From Elusimicrobia bacterium GWA2_69_24 (lineage in GTDB: Bacteria > Elusimicrobiota > Elusimicrobia > UBA1565), in NCBI GenBank assembly GCA_001799695.1, contig MGTY01000130.1, positions 52,504 to 116,503 of the forward strand: a stretch of DNA of 64,000 nt. The letters run 5' to 3'. This document shows positions 9,040 through 17,332 of this stretch, piece after piece. Position numbers and translations under genes: made by a program. The notes beneath the pieces were generated by a model. The model saw nothing but the letters and a program-made list of their open reading frames with translations. It made no database searches and had not been told where the DNA came from. The stretch's first letter is position 1. Every line of letters begins with the position of its first letter.

Positions 9040-10479
9040 TCAGGAGCTCTCGACCCGGGTGTTGGGAAGGGTGAAATGGAAGGTGCTGCCGCGGCTCGCG
9101 GTGCTCTCGGCCCAGATGCGGCCGTGATGCGCCTCCACGACCTCCTTGCAGAAGGCCAGCCCGATGCCGCTGCCGCGGATGCGCTCCCCCGGGGCCTTCT
9201 TGTCCGCGACCTGGAAGAAGCGGCCGAAGAGCTTCGGGAGCTGGTCCTCGGGGATGCCGATCCCGGTGTCGCGGATAGTCACGTGCACCGCGCCGGACTC
9301 CACCCCGGCGCCCAGGTGGATGCTCCCCCCCTCCGGCGTGAACTTGAGGGCGTTGAGCACGAGGTTGCCGATGACTTCGGAGACCAGGTTCCGGTCGCAG
9401 AAGGCCTCCACGGGGTCCGCGGGCATCTGCACGAAGAGGCGGACGCTCTTCTCCTCCACCACCCGCTCGAAGAGCTGCCGGGTCTCCTCGCACAGGGCCC
9501 CGACGTCCGTCTTCTCGAATTTGAAGTTCATGCGCCCGGCGCGGATCCGTTCCAGGTCCAGCAGGTTGTTGACGAACCGGGTGAGCTCCTTGACCCCCAG
9601 GTCGATGATGCGGATGTCCTCCTGGATCGTCTCCGGCACCTGGTGCGAGAGCTGATGCGCGTGATAGGCGGCGCCGGTGATCGCCGACAGGGGCGAACGC
9701 ATGTTGTGGGAGACGCTCTGCAGGAAGCGGTCCTTGAGTTCGTCGACCTCCTTGAGCTGGCGCGCCATGCGGTTGAGGTCCCCGGCCAGCGTCCCCAACT
9801 CGTCCTTGCGCTGCACGGGGATGTCCGCGTCGAACTTGCCCACGCCGATCTGCCGGGCGGCCTCGCTCAGGGCGCGGATGGGCCGGGTGAGGTTGGACGC
9901 GAAGAAGAAGGACACCAGGAGGCTCAAGGCCAGGCACACCCCTCCCACGGCGAAGAGCTCCTTGAGGGTGGCCTTGAGCGTCGCGGCCAGCTCCCGGTCG
10001 ATGACGCCCCGGTTGTAGCGCACCACCGTGGAGCCGAAGCGCTTGCCCTCGCTCCAGACCGGGACGGCCATCAGCAGGACCTTCTTGCCGTCCTGCACGA
10101 CCGGCTCCGCGCGGATGCCCTCCGCCCGGTTCGCCCGCTCCACGAACGGGTCCCGCTTGGGGGACACGACCTTCGAGTAGTCCTTCTTGAGGAAATCGGA
10201 GTGGATATGGACGCGCCCGTCCAGGTCCCAGAGGGCGACGTCCAGGACCTCATCCGACTTCATCCAGGAATCGAGGTAGGCGAGGAGGATGCGCTCCTCC
10301 CGGGCGTCCAGGGTGGACTCGCTGATGCGGGCCAGCTTCTCGAGGGCGCTGGTGCGCTCGTGCGCCATGCGCTCGGTCAGGTTGATCCGCTCGCGGATGT
10401 AGACCGCCGTCAGGGTGGCGCCGACCACGACCGACACCATGAGCATGGTCAGGAGGCTGAGGCGGGTGCGCAGGCTCAC
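9040..10479 (-). CDS. Sensor histidine kinase (TM, periplasmic sensor, TM, HAMP, HisKA, HATPase_c)
   Basis: H-box FLQSVSHNMRSPLSAI, N-box NLVLNALKFTPEGG, G-boxes IRDTGIGIPED and GSGIGLAFCKEVV, HAMP-like RPIRALSEAARQIG...DELGTLAGDLNRMARQL. Start set at GTG 10479 (VSLRTRLSLL..). The track start at 10536 is a TTG, so the start is uncertain. Confidence 0.85.
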   Translation of the reverse strand: MSLRTRLSLLTMLMVSVVVGATLTAVYIRERINLTERMAHERTSALEKLARISESTLDAREERILLAYLDSWMKSDEVLDVALWDLDGRVHIHSDFLKKDYSKVVSPKRDPFVERANRAEGIRAEPVVQDGKKVLLMAVPVWSEGKRFGSTVVRYNRGVIDRELAATLKATLKELFAVGGVCLALSLLVSFFFASNLTRPIRALSEAARQIGVGKFDADIPVQRKDELGTLAGDLNRMARQLKEVDELKDRFLQSVSHNMRSPLSAITGAAYHAHQLSHQVPETIQEDIRIIDLGVKELTRFVNNLLDLERIRAGRMNFKFEKTDVGALCEETRQLFERVVEEKSVRLFVQMPADPVEAFCDRNLVSEVIGNLVLNALKFTPEGGSIHLGAGVESGAVHVTIRDTGIGIPEDQLPKLFGRFFQVADKKAPGERIRGSGIGLAFCKEVVEAHHGRIWAESTASRGSTFHFTLPNTRVESS

Positions 10480-10544
10480 GCGAGAAGTATACCCGTCAGT
10501 GCGCCCTCTCGCCAGGGGTGCTTTTAGGTGATACAATTACCGGG

Positions 10545-11315
10545 ATGCTCAAGCGCGCCGCCCTTATCCTGCTGTCGGCCCTCCTGTCCGGCTGCTTCGG
10601 CAGCCAGACCTCGACCCTGGTCCAGCCTTCCCAGGAGCTGGAAGGGACCCGCCGTATCGCCGTGCTCCCCTTCCGGGCGCAATACGGGGACGGGCAGGCC
10701 ATGGGCGACGCCTTCGTCACGGAGTTCATGTCGGCCGGGTTCCTCGTTGTCGAACGCGGGCTGCTCGAAGGCGTCTTCCGCTCCCTCTCCCTCGATTTCG
10801 AAACCGGCGCCCTCCGCCCGGAGGAGCTGGTCAGCGTGGCCAAGTCGGCGAAGGTCGACGCGGTCATCTTCGGGACCCTCCAGGCGGAATCCGAGAAGGT
10901 CGGTGGGGACCTCCTCTCGGTCTCCCTGCGCATGGTGAGCGCGCAGAGCGGGGAGATCCTCCTGAGCTCCACCTACCGCAACGAGAAGCTTCTGCCGGCC
11001 AACCAGATCCCCGGCGCCATGATGAAGGACATCCAGAAACAGCTGGATTCCTATCACGCCAAGCTCGCCCAGGACCGGCGCCGGGCCGAGAAGGCGCGCA
11101 AGAAGGCGGAAGCCGCGGCGGCCAAGGCCAAGAAGGCCGAGGAAGCCCGGCTCAAGAAGGAAGCCGCCCGGGCGGCGGAAGCCGCCAGAGCCAAGAAGGC
11201 CGAGGAAGCCCGGCTCAAGAAGGCCGCGGAAGAAGCCGTCGAAGCGGCCAAGAAGGCGGGCGCCGCGCCGGAGACCCCGCCCCCCGCGCCCAAGGCCGGC
11301 AAGAAAGCCAAGTAG
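10545..11315 (+). CDS. Lipoprotein with an LpoB/CsgG-like N-terminal domain and a Lys/Ala/Glu-rich repeat tail
   Basis: Lipobox in MLKRAALILLSALLSGC. IAVLPFRAQYGDGQAMGDAFVTEFMSAGFLVVER...VDAVIFGTLQ resembles LpoB/CsgG-type lipoproteins. The tail is AKKAEEARLKK repeats. Start moved to the ATG at 10545. Confidence 0.7.
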   Translation: MLKRAALILLSALLSGCFGSQTSTLVQPSQELEGTRRIAVLPFRAQYGDGQAMGDAFVTEFMSAGFLVVERGLLEGVFRSLSLDFETGALRPEELVSVAKSAKVDAVIFGTLQAESEKVGGDLLSVSLRMVSAQSGEILLSSTYRNEKLLPANQIPGAMMKDIQKQLDSYHAKLAQDRRRAEKARKKAEAAAAKAKKAEEARLKKEAARAAEAARAKKAEEARLKKAAEEAVEAAKKAGAAPETPPPAPKAGKKAK

Positions 11316-13252
11316 TGCGCGCGGTAATCCTCTCCCTGGCGGCGTGCCTGGCCGTCGCTATCGCGGTCTATGCGAATTCCCTCCACAACCCCTTCGTGTT
11401 CGACGACGTGGGGGACATCGTCGACAACGCGGACATCCGGAAGCTCGACAACCTGCGCACGAAGCTCTTCGCCCCGTTCGGGGGCAAGGACACCCCGTAC
11501 TACCACCGCAACGACCCCTCCCGCGCCATCACCTACCTCACCTTCACCCTGAACTATCATTTCGGCGGGCTCGACCCGTTCGGCTACCACCTGTTCAACA
11601 TGCTCCTGCACGCTCTGTGCGCCTGCGGGGTCCTGCTGCTGGCCCGGCGCATCACCGTGCGGATACTGGGCTCCCCCTCCGTCTGGATCCCCCTCATGGC
11701 CGGGCTGTTCTTCGCGGCGCATCCCGTCAATACGGAGGCCGTGACCTACATCTACCACCGGTCGGAGGGCCTGGCCCTGCTCTTCTTCCTGGCCGCCTTC
11801 CTCACCTTCGACGCCTCGGTCGAGCGGAAGGGGGCCTGGCTGCCGATATCACTGGCCTGCTTCGCCTTGGCTTTGCTCTCCAAGCAGACCTCGGCCACGC
11901 TCCCCCCCATGCTCCTGCTCTACGATCTCACGGTCCTGAGCGACTGCCGCTGGGACGGGATCCGCTCGCGGCGCTGGCGCCATCTCGCCTACTGGGCCGT
12001 ACTCGCCGCCCACCTGGCCTTCTCCCGTTTCTATCTCGGCGGTCTAGCCGACCGCGAACTCGATGCTTTCGCCAAGTGGACCCGATTTTCCTATCTGTCC
12101 ATCCAGCCCTTCGTTCTCCTGCGCTATCTGCAGCTCCTGGTCTTCCCTTCCGGCCTCTGCATCGACCACGCGATCGACGTCCCGCGCTCCTGCCTCGAGT
12201 TCCGGGTCTGGGCCCCATTTGTGGCCGCAATGGCCTCACTTTCCTGGCTCCTGGCGGCCTTCCGGCGGCGCACCCCGGACGCCCGGCTCTGGGCCTTTTG
12301 CGCCTCCTGGATGCTGCTGGGATTGGCCCCCACCTCGAGCCTGATGCCGATACTCGACGCCATGGCCGACCGGCGGCTCTACCTGCCGGGATTCGGCTTC
12401 CATCTGGCCCTCGCCTTCGCCTATGTCCGGGTCTTCCGTCCCGAAGGCAAGGGCTCCTCCGGACGGCGCCGGATCATGATCGCCCTGGCGGGCGGCCACA
12501 TACTCGCCCTCGGTGTGGCCACTTTGGCCCGCAATAGGGTATACGCCGACACCGTCCTCATCTGGCAGGATGTCGTCGCCAGCTATCCGCGCAACCACCG
12601 GGCGCACAACAACCTGGCGAACGCCTACTACGACCGGGGCGACTTCGACCGCGCTCTAGAGCACTACCGAGCCGCCCTGGCCATCGATCCCTCCTACGCG
12701 GGCAGCTACACCAACCTGGGGAACATCTACCTGGCGCGGGGAGACGACTCCGCCGCCTTCGGCTGGTACCAGAAGGCCGTCGCGGTCAATCCCACGATCG
12801 CGGGGCTGCACGTGAACCTGGGCAACATCTATTATCGGCGGGGCGAGCCGGACCGCGCCCTGGCCGAATTCCGCCAAGCGGCCCGCCTCGACCCCAACTA
12901 CGCCGAGGCGCGCTACAGCATGGGGCTCGCCCTCGAGGCCAAGAAGGACCTGGCCGCGGCCCGGGCCGAGTACCAGGCCGCCCTGGACTTGAAAGCCGAC
13001 CTGCCGGACGCCCACAACAACCTGGGCCGGCTCCTATTCCTGGCCGGCCGGCATGCCGAGGCCGAGCAGGCCTACCGCCGCGCGCTGGCGCTCCAGCCGG
13101 TTAACGCGGGGGCCCACTACAACCTCGGCCTGCTCCTCGAGGCCCTGGGGCGGCGCGAGGCGGCCCTGGCCGAGTACCGGGAGACGCAGCGTCTGGAACC
13201 GGCCAACGCCTGGGCCGCGCGCCGCAGCGAAGCCCTCGGAGGGAAACATTGA
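11315..13252 (+). CDS. TMTC/PMT-like polytopic membrane protein with a C-terminal TPR array
   Basis: N-terminal motif YANSLHNPFVFDDVGDIVDN, typical of TMTC-like TPR membrane proteins. Multiple hydrophobic helices, then six or more TPRs (AHNNLANAYYDRGDFDRALEHYRAALAIDPSYA ...). The GTG start shares one base with the upstream TAG. Confidence 0.8.
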   Translation: MRAVILSLAACLAVAIAVYANSLHNPFVFDDVGDIVDNADIRKLDNLRTKLFAPFGGKDTPYYHRNDPSRAITYLTFTLNYHFGGLDPFGYHLFNMLLHALCACGVLLLARRITVRILGSPSVWIPLMAGLFFAAHPVNTEAVTYIYHRSEGLALLFFLAAFLTFDASVERKGAWLPISLACFALALLSKQTSATLPPMLLLYDLTVLSDCRWDGIRSRRWRHLAYWAVLAAHLAFSRFYLGGLADRELDAFAKWTRFSYLSIQPFVLLRYLQLLVFPSGLCIDHAIDVPRSCLEFRVWAPFVAAMASLSWLLAAFRRRTPDARLWAFCASWMLLGLAPTSSLMPILDAMADRRLYLPGFGFHLALAFAYVRVFRPEGKGSSGRRRIMIALAGGHILALGVATLARNRVYADTVLIWQDVVASYPRNHRAHNNLANAYYDRGDFDRALEHYRAALAIDPSYAGSYTNLGNIYLARGDDSAAFGWYQKAVAVNPTIAGLHVNLGNIYYRRGEPDRALAEFRQAARLDPNYAEARYSMGLALEAKKDLAAARAEYQAALDLKADLPDAHNNLGRLLFLAGRHAEAEQAYRRALALQPVNAGAHYNLGLLLEALGRREAALAEYRETQRLEPANAWAARRSEALGGKH

Positions 13253-13278
13253 CACCCTCGGGGGCTAGGTACTCTAAT
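13249..13278 (+). promoter_or_regulatory. Possible sigma70-type promoter for motA: TTGACA-N18-TCTAAT
   Basis: TTGACA at 13249..13254, TCTAAT at 13273..13278, AAGGA Shine-Dalgarno at 13292..13296, ATG at 13305. Pattern match only. Confidence 0.35.
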
Positions 13279-13304
13279 ATGCCGGCGGCACAAGGATAAT
13301 ACCA

Positions 13305-14078
13305 ATGGACTTCATGACTTTGATCGGTCTGGTCGCCGGCCTGGCGATGTACTCCTGGGGGGTCTACGAGGGGGGCTCCGTCAAAGCCTTCCTCAACTCC
13401 CACGGCATCGGCCTCGTGGTCGGCGGCACCCTCTTCTCCACGATGATCATCTGCTCGGGCCGGGAATTCGTGGGCGCGATGCGCGCCGCCGTGGTCCTGA
13501 TCCTCTCCCCGCGCAACCTCGCACTCGACCCGGCCATAGACCTCCTGGCCGGGCTGGGCAAGAAGGCGCGGCAGAGCGGGATCGACTCCCTGGAGCCGGA
13601 CGCCCGCGGCGTGCGCGATGACGGCTTCTTCCTGCGCACCTACCACACCTGCCTGACCAGCCCGGATGAGATCATGGCCCGCAACGTCATCGAGCGCGAG
13701 ATCATACAGACCGGGATGCGCCATAAGGAGATGGGCAACGTGTTCAAGACCCTCGGGATGATCTCCCCCATGATGGGACTGATGGGGACCGTCATCGGCA
13801 TCGTCGGCGTGCTGCGCAACATCTCCGACCCCCAGATGGTCGGCGCCTCCATGGGCGTCGCCATGTCCACCGCTTTCTACGGGATCCTGCTCTCCGGCTT
13901 CATCTTCACCCCCCTAAGCGGCAAGCTCCGCCTGCGCAGCAACTCCGAGCTCCTGGTCAAGGAGACCATCATGGAGGGCCTGCTGGCGATCCGCTTCACC
14001 AACGCGCCCCCCAAGGTCCTGGAGCGCCAGCTCTTATCCTACCTGACCGCCCGCTCCATCGCCTCCCGGGGGAAATAG
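13305..14078 (+). CDS. motA: MotA/TolQ/ExbB-family proton channel, MotA/PomA-like stator subunit (257 aa)
   Basis: Four-TM layout. Conserved C-terminal channel region GMISPMMGLMGTVIGIVGVL...AMSTAFYGILLSGFIFTPLSGKLR. Followed 7 nt downstream by a MotB-like gene. Confidence 0.85.
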   Translation: MDFMTLIGLVAGLAMYSWGVYEGGSVKAFLNSHGIGLVVGGTLFSTMIICSGREFVGAMRAAVVLILSPRNLALDPAIDLLAGLGKKARQSGIDSLEPDARGVRDDGFFLRTYHTCLTSPDEIMARNVIEREIIQTGMRHKEMGNVFKTLGMISPMMGLMGTVIGIVGVLRNISDPQMVGASMGVAMSTAFYGILLSGFIFTPLSGKLRLRSNSELLVKETIMEGLLAIRFTNAPPKVLERQLLSYLTARSIASRGK

Positions 14079-14084
14079 CGCGCC

Positions 14085-14801
14085 ATGCTGGCCAAACACG
14101 GCGAAGAGGAAGGGGAGAGCGCGGTATGGGCCATCACCTACGGCGACCTCATGAGCTTCCTCATGATCTTCTTCCTGTTCCTATACGCCTTCGCGGTCCA
14201 GGACGACCAGAAGAAGCAGGAGTTGGCGGAGGTCATGCAGGAGACCCTGGGGGACAAGAAGGCCAAGGACCCCAAACCCCAGCTTCCCCTCGAGGTCCAG
14301 GCCGCCGAGGCCCTCAAGGACCGCTTCGAGGATTCCAAACTCACCGCCGTCGCGGAAGTCGAGACGGACAAGCTTTTCGTGAGGATCACCCTCAAGGAGA
14401 AGGTGCTCTTCAAGTCCGGCCGGGCGGAGCTGCTCCCCGAGGCCGCCGCCGTCATCCACCAGTTCGCCCTGGTGGGCAAGGGACTCGACAACGACATCAT
14501 GATCGAGGGCCACACCGACAACGTCCGGCCCGGGAAGCACCTGCCCTACAAGACCAACTGGGAGCTCTCCTTCGCGCGCGCCCACTCCATCGTGAAATAC
14601 CTCGTGGACCAGGAAGACTTCTCTCCGGCGCGCCTGGCCGCCGTGGGCTACGGAGAGTTCCGGCCCCTGGCCCCTAACGACTCCCCCGAGCAGCGGGCGC
14701 TGAACCGGCGCATCCAGATCACCATCATCCGCAAACCCGCCTGGGCCCCCGTGCCGCCCAAGCCCGCCCCCGCCCCGGCGCCGATCCCGGCGCACCACTG
14801 A
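14085..14801 (+). CDS. motB: MotB-like stator subunit with an OmpA-type peptidoglycan-binding domain
   Basis: N-terminal plug/TM with the invariant Asp: WAITYGDLMSFLMIFFLFLYAF. OmpA-like domain: IEGHTDNVRPG...NWELSFARAHSIVKYLV...ARLAAVGYGEFRPLAPNDSPEQRALNRRIQI. Confidence 0.85.
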   Translation: MLAKHGEEEGESAVWAITYGDLMSFLMIFFLFLYAFAVQDDQKKQELAEVMQETLGDKKAKDPKPQLPLEVQAAEALKDRFEDSKLTAVAEVETDKLFVRITLKEKVLFKSGRAELLPEAAAVIHQFALVGKGLDNDIMIEGHTDNVRPGKHLPYKTNWELSFARAHSIVKYLVDQEDFSPARLAAVGYGEFRPLAPNDSPEQRALNRRIQITIIRKPAWAPVPPKPAPAPAPIPAHH

Positions 14802-14814
14802 GAAGGTCTCGGGC

Positions 14815-16254
14815 TCAATTAGCGACGGCTTGCGTCTGGAGCGATTCGGCCGCGGGAGCGCGCAGGGTGAGGAGCCCCGCGGTCTTGAGGCGTTCGACCA
14901 CGTCCACGATGCGGATGAACTCCTCGTCCGCGGCCTCCGGCGGGACCGGAGGCATGAAGCTGATCTGCTCGCGCAGGATGTCGGCGAACTCGGGGCTGAG
15001 GCGCTCGCAGACGCGGTCGGTGAGGCCGGGCGAACTGGCCTTGAGGAAGCGCGCGAAGGACTGCAGGCTGAGTTCGCGGAAGATGCGCAGGAAGGACCGG
15101 TCGTCGAAATCGAAGAGGTCCTCGAACTCCAGGAGGTTGTCCCGGAGATGCTGGGCCAACTCGGGGTCGGAGGCCTCCACCGCCGCGATGAGCGCGGAGC
15201 GGACGCCGGAATCGGTCCGCTGTATGATCTGGCACATCTTGCGCACGCCTCCGAAGCTGAAGCCCAGCTTGCGGCGGATCTGCTTCTCGATGAGCCGGAT
15301 GGACTCCGGGTTCCCGTACTTCACGCTGCGGCACTGCAGGAGGATGTCGCGGCGCTTCTCCGGGGTGAAGAGCGCGAAGGCCTTGGCCGCCACCGGCCGG
15401 GGCAGACACTCCAGCACGCTGGCGATGAGGAGTTCACCCTCCTTGGCCAGGGCCTGCGTCAGTCCGGAGATGTTGTCCTCGTTGATGAAGTCGAAAAGCG
15501 GTTCCTCGTCGGGGGACGTCGGCTTCATCCCCCCCGCCGGGCCCGCGGCAGCCGCCTCGCCCGCGCCGGCGGCCGGTCCGGCGCTGGCCGCGAACGCCGC
15601 CATCTCGGCCGCGGCCGGGGCCGCCTTCTTGGACAGCGCGTCCACCAGGTTGTCGAAAAAGCGCCGCAGGGGTCCGAAGAGGAAATAGGAGGCTATCAGG
15701 GCCGCGATGAGCAGCACCGCCGTGGCGGCCATCCCCACGTAGGCCATCAGGCTCTGCGGGGCGCTCTGGGTGCGGGCGCTGAAGGTCTTGATCTGGAGGG
15801 AATCCCCCTTGGCCGGGATGATCTCGAGGATCTGCGAGGCGACCTGCTTCACCTGCTCGGTCCGGGCCGGGTCCAGGGTCTTGCCGATCCAGATCGTGCA
15901 GGTGACGATCTTGCTGGCCCGGGCCACCCGCACCGGCGCGTCGGGCTTCTGGGTCAGGTTCTGGTTGACCGGGACCCCGGGCAGGACGTACTCCACGGCG
16001 GCCTTGCCGAAGCGCTCCTCCAGCTCCTTGCGCGTCTCCTCGAGGACCAGCGAGACGTTGACCACGGGGATGATCTCGGATATGCCCAGGTAGGCGGACA
16101 GGGCGTCCCGGAGGCGGTTCTCCAGGTTCCGCTCCAGGTCGGCCTGATGCACCTGTACCTCGGGGGAGAGCGAGGCCGCGCCGAACGACGCGCCGGCGAA
16201 GGCGCCGCCGAGGACTGCGGCCAGCAGAAGCGCGGAAATGGGCTTTGGTTTCAT
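14815..16254 (-). CDS. Membrane-anchored FliF(ring-building-motif)-like / TM / FliG middle plus C-terminal-like fusion protein
   Basis: Signal-like MKPKPISALLLAAVLGGAFAGASFG. Periplasmic segment LENRLRDALSAYLGISEIIPVVNVSLVLEE (FliF/YscJ-like). TM LMAYVGMAATAVLLIAALIASYFLF. FliG_M-like LIASVLECLPRPVAAKAFALFTPEKRRDILLQ. FliG_C-like FDFDDRSFLRIFRELSLQSFARFLKASSPGLTDRVCERLSPEFADILREQ...IVDVVERLKTAGLL. Confidence 0.7.
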   Translation of the reverse strand: MKPKPISALLLAAVLGGAFAGASFGAASLSPEVQVHQADLERNLENRLRDALSAYLGISEIIPVVNVSLVLEETRKELEERFGKAAVEYVLPGVPVNQNLTQKPDAPVRVARASKIVTCTIWIGKTLDPARTEQVKQVASQILEIIPAKGDSLQIKTFSARTQSAPQSLMAYVGMAATAVLLIAALIASYFLFGPLRRFFDNLVDALSKKAAPAAAEMAAFAASAGPAAGAGEAAAAGPAGGMKPTSPDEEPLFDFINEDNISGLTQALAKEGELLIASVLECLPRPVAAKAFALFTPEKRRDILLQCRSVKYGNPESIRLIEKQIRRKLGFSFGGVRKMCQIIQRTDSGVRSALIAAVEASDPELAQHLRDNLLEFEDLFDFDDRSFLRIFRELSLQSFARFLKASSPGLTDRVCERLSPEFADILREQISFMPPVPPEAADEEFIRIVDVVERLKTAGLLTLRAPAAESLQTQAVAN

Positions 16255-16345
16255 GCTCGGTGGTCCCGCCTAGATTATAGGTAAGTATGTGCGGCTCTTG
16301 TTGCCAAGATATTGACCGACCTGCGGCGGCTTCCTGTCGGCTTCC

Positions 16346-16374
16346 TTGAAAGGAAGGAGTCCTTCTGTTACAAT
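16346..16374 (+). promoter_or_regulatory. Possible sigma70-type promoter TTGAAA-N17-TACAAT giving a near-leaderless mRNA
   Basis: TTGAAA at 16346..16351, 17-nt spacer, TACAAT at 16369..16374. The ATG of the signal-peptide start (MPRNVFSAWSAAAALSLALAAPLAAQ) is at 16382, 8 nt after the -10 element. Confidence 0.35.
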
Positions 16375-16381
16375 CCAGAGT

Positions 16382-17332
16382 ATGCCTCGAAACGTCTTCT
16401 CAGCGTGGTCTGCGGCGGCCGCTCTGTCCTTGGCGCTGGCCGCGCCGCTCGCGGCGCAGCCCGCGCCGTCCCCTGAAGCGGCCCTCGCGGCGGCGCTCCA
16501 GGACCTGCGCAGCCCGGACCTGGCGGCCCGCCGGCAGGCGGTCAGCCAGCTCGGGGTCCTGCGCCGGCCCGAGTCCATACCCCCGCTCCGCGCCGCCCTG
16601 TCCGATGAGAGCCCCCTCGTCCGGACCGCGGTGCTGAACGTGCTGGGCCTCCTGCGGGCCGCGGAAGCCGCGCCGGACATGGCCCGCCTGGCGACCGCGG
16701 ATCCGGACGAGGTCGTGCGCCAGCAGGCGGCCGTCGCGCTGGGCTACGCCGGGGGCGCCGCCTCCGTCGACGCGCTCCTCTCCGCCCTCGACGACCCCGC
16801 GGCCGGGGTGCGCTCCGCCGCCGTCCGGTCTCTGGGCGCGCTCGCCTCGGACCGGGCCACGCCCAAGCTGAAAGCCCTGCTCTCCGACCCCGACCCGGGG
16901 GTACGGCGCGCGGCGGTGTCGTCTTTGGGCCGCGTCGCCTCCACTTCCGCGGTCTCGGGTCTGGGCGCGGCCCTGGCGGACCCGGACCCGGCCCTCCGCC
17001 TCGAGGCGGTCAAAGCCCTGGGCGCGGCGCGGTCGTCAGACGTCCGTGCCCTCCTGAAGCCCCTGCTCCAGGACCCCGACCCCTTCGTCCGCCTCAACGC
17101 GGTCTCGGCTCTCGGCCGGCGCGGGGACCGCTCCGGGGAGGCCGCCGCGATCGGGCTCCTCGGCAGCGCGGATCCGCAAGTCCGCCGACAGGCGGCCGAT
17201 TCCGTGTCGCTGGTGGGCTCCGCCGCCTCGGGACCGGGGGCCTTGCAGGCCGCCCTGGCCCGGGAGAAGGACCCGGAAGTGAAGGCCGCGCTCCAAGCCG
17301 CGTTCGAGCGGCTGCGCGCAAAGACCCGGTGA
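16382..17332 (+). CDS. Secreted HEAT-repeat (PBS-lyase-type) protein
   Basis: Signal peptide, then about 8 repeats of the type D.D..VR..A..ALG.....A...L...L.D (e.g. DPDPGVRRAAVSSLGRV, DPDPALRLEAVKALGAA, DPDPFVRLNAVSALGRR). Start moved to the ATG at 16382. Confidence 0.75.
   Translation: MPRNVFSAWSAAAALSLALAAPLAAQPAPSPEAALAAALQDLRSPDLAARRQAVSQLGVLRRPESIPPLRAALSDESPLVRTAVLNVLGLLRAAEAAPDMARLATADPDEVVRQQAAVALGYAGGAASVDALLSALDDPAAGVRSAAVRSLGALASDRATPKLKALLSDPDPGVRRAAVSSLGRVASTSAVSGLGAALADPDPALRLEAVKALGAARSSDVRALLKPLLQDPDPFVRLNAVSALGRRGDRSGEAAAIGLLGSADPQVRRQAADSVSLVGSAASGPGALQAALAREKDPEVKAALQAAFERLRAKTR

Noticed and set aside
9076-10527. 483-aa plus-strand ORF opposite the histidine kinase
   Set aside because: It is an antisense shadow. 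The minus strand has all the kinase signature boxes.
13305-14801. MotA/MotB pair as a Zorya-type anti-phage system (ZorA/ZorB)
   Set aside because: The MotA-like protein is only 257 aa and lacks the long ZorA C-terminal tail. No ZorC/ZorD-like (helicase or nuclease) genes are adjacent. GC content and context look like native envelope genes.
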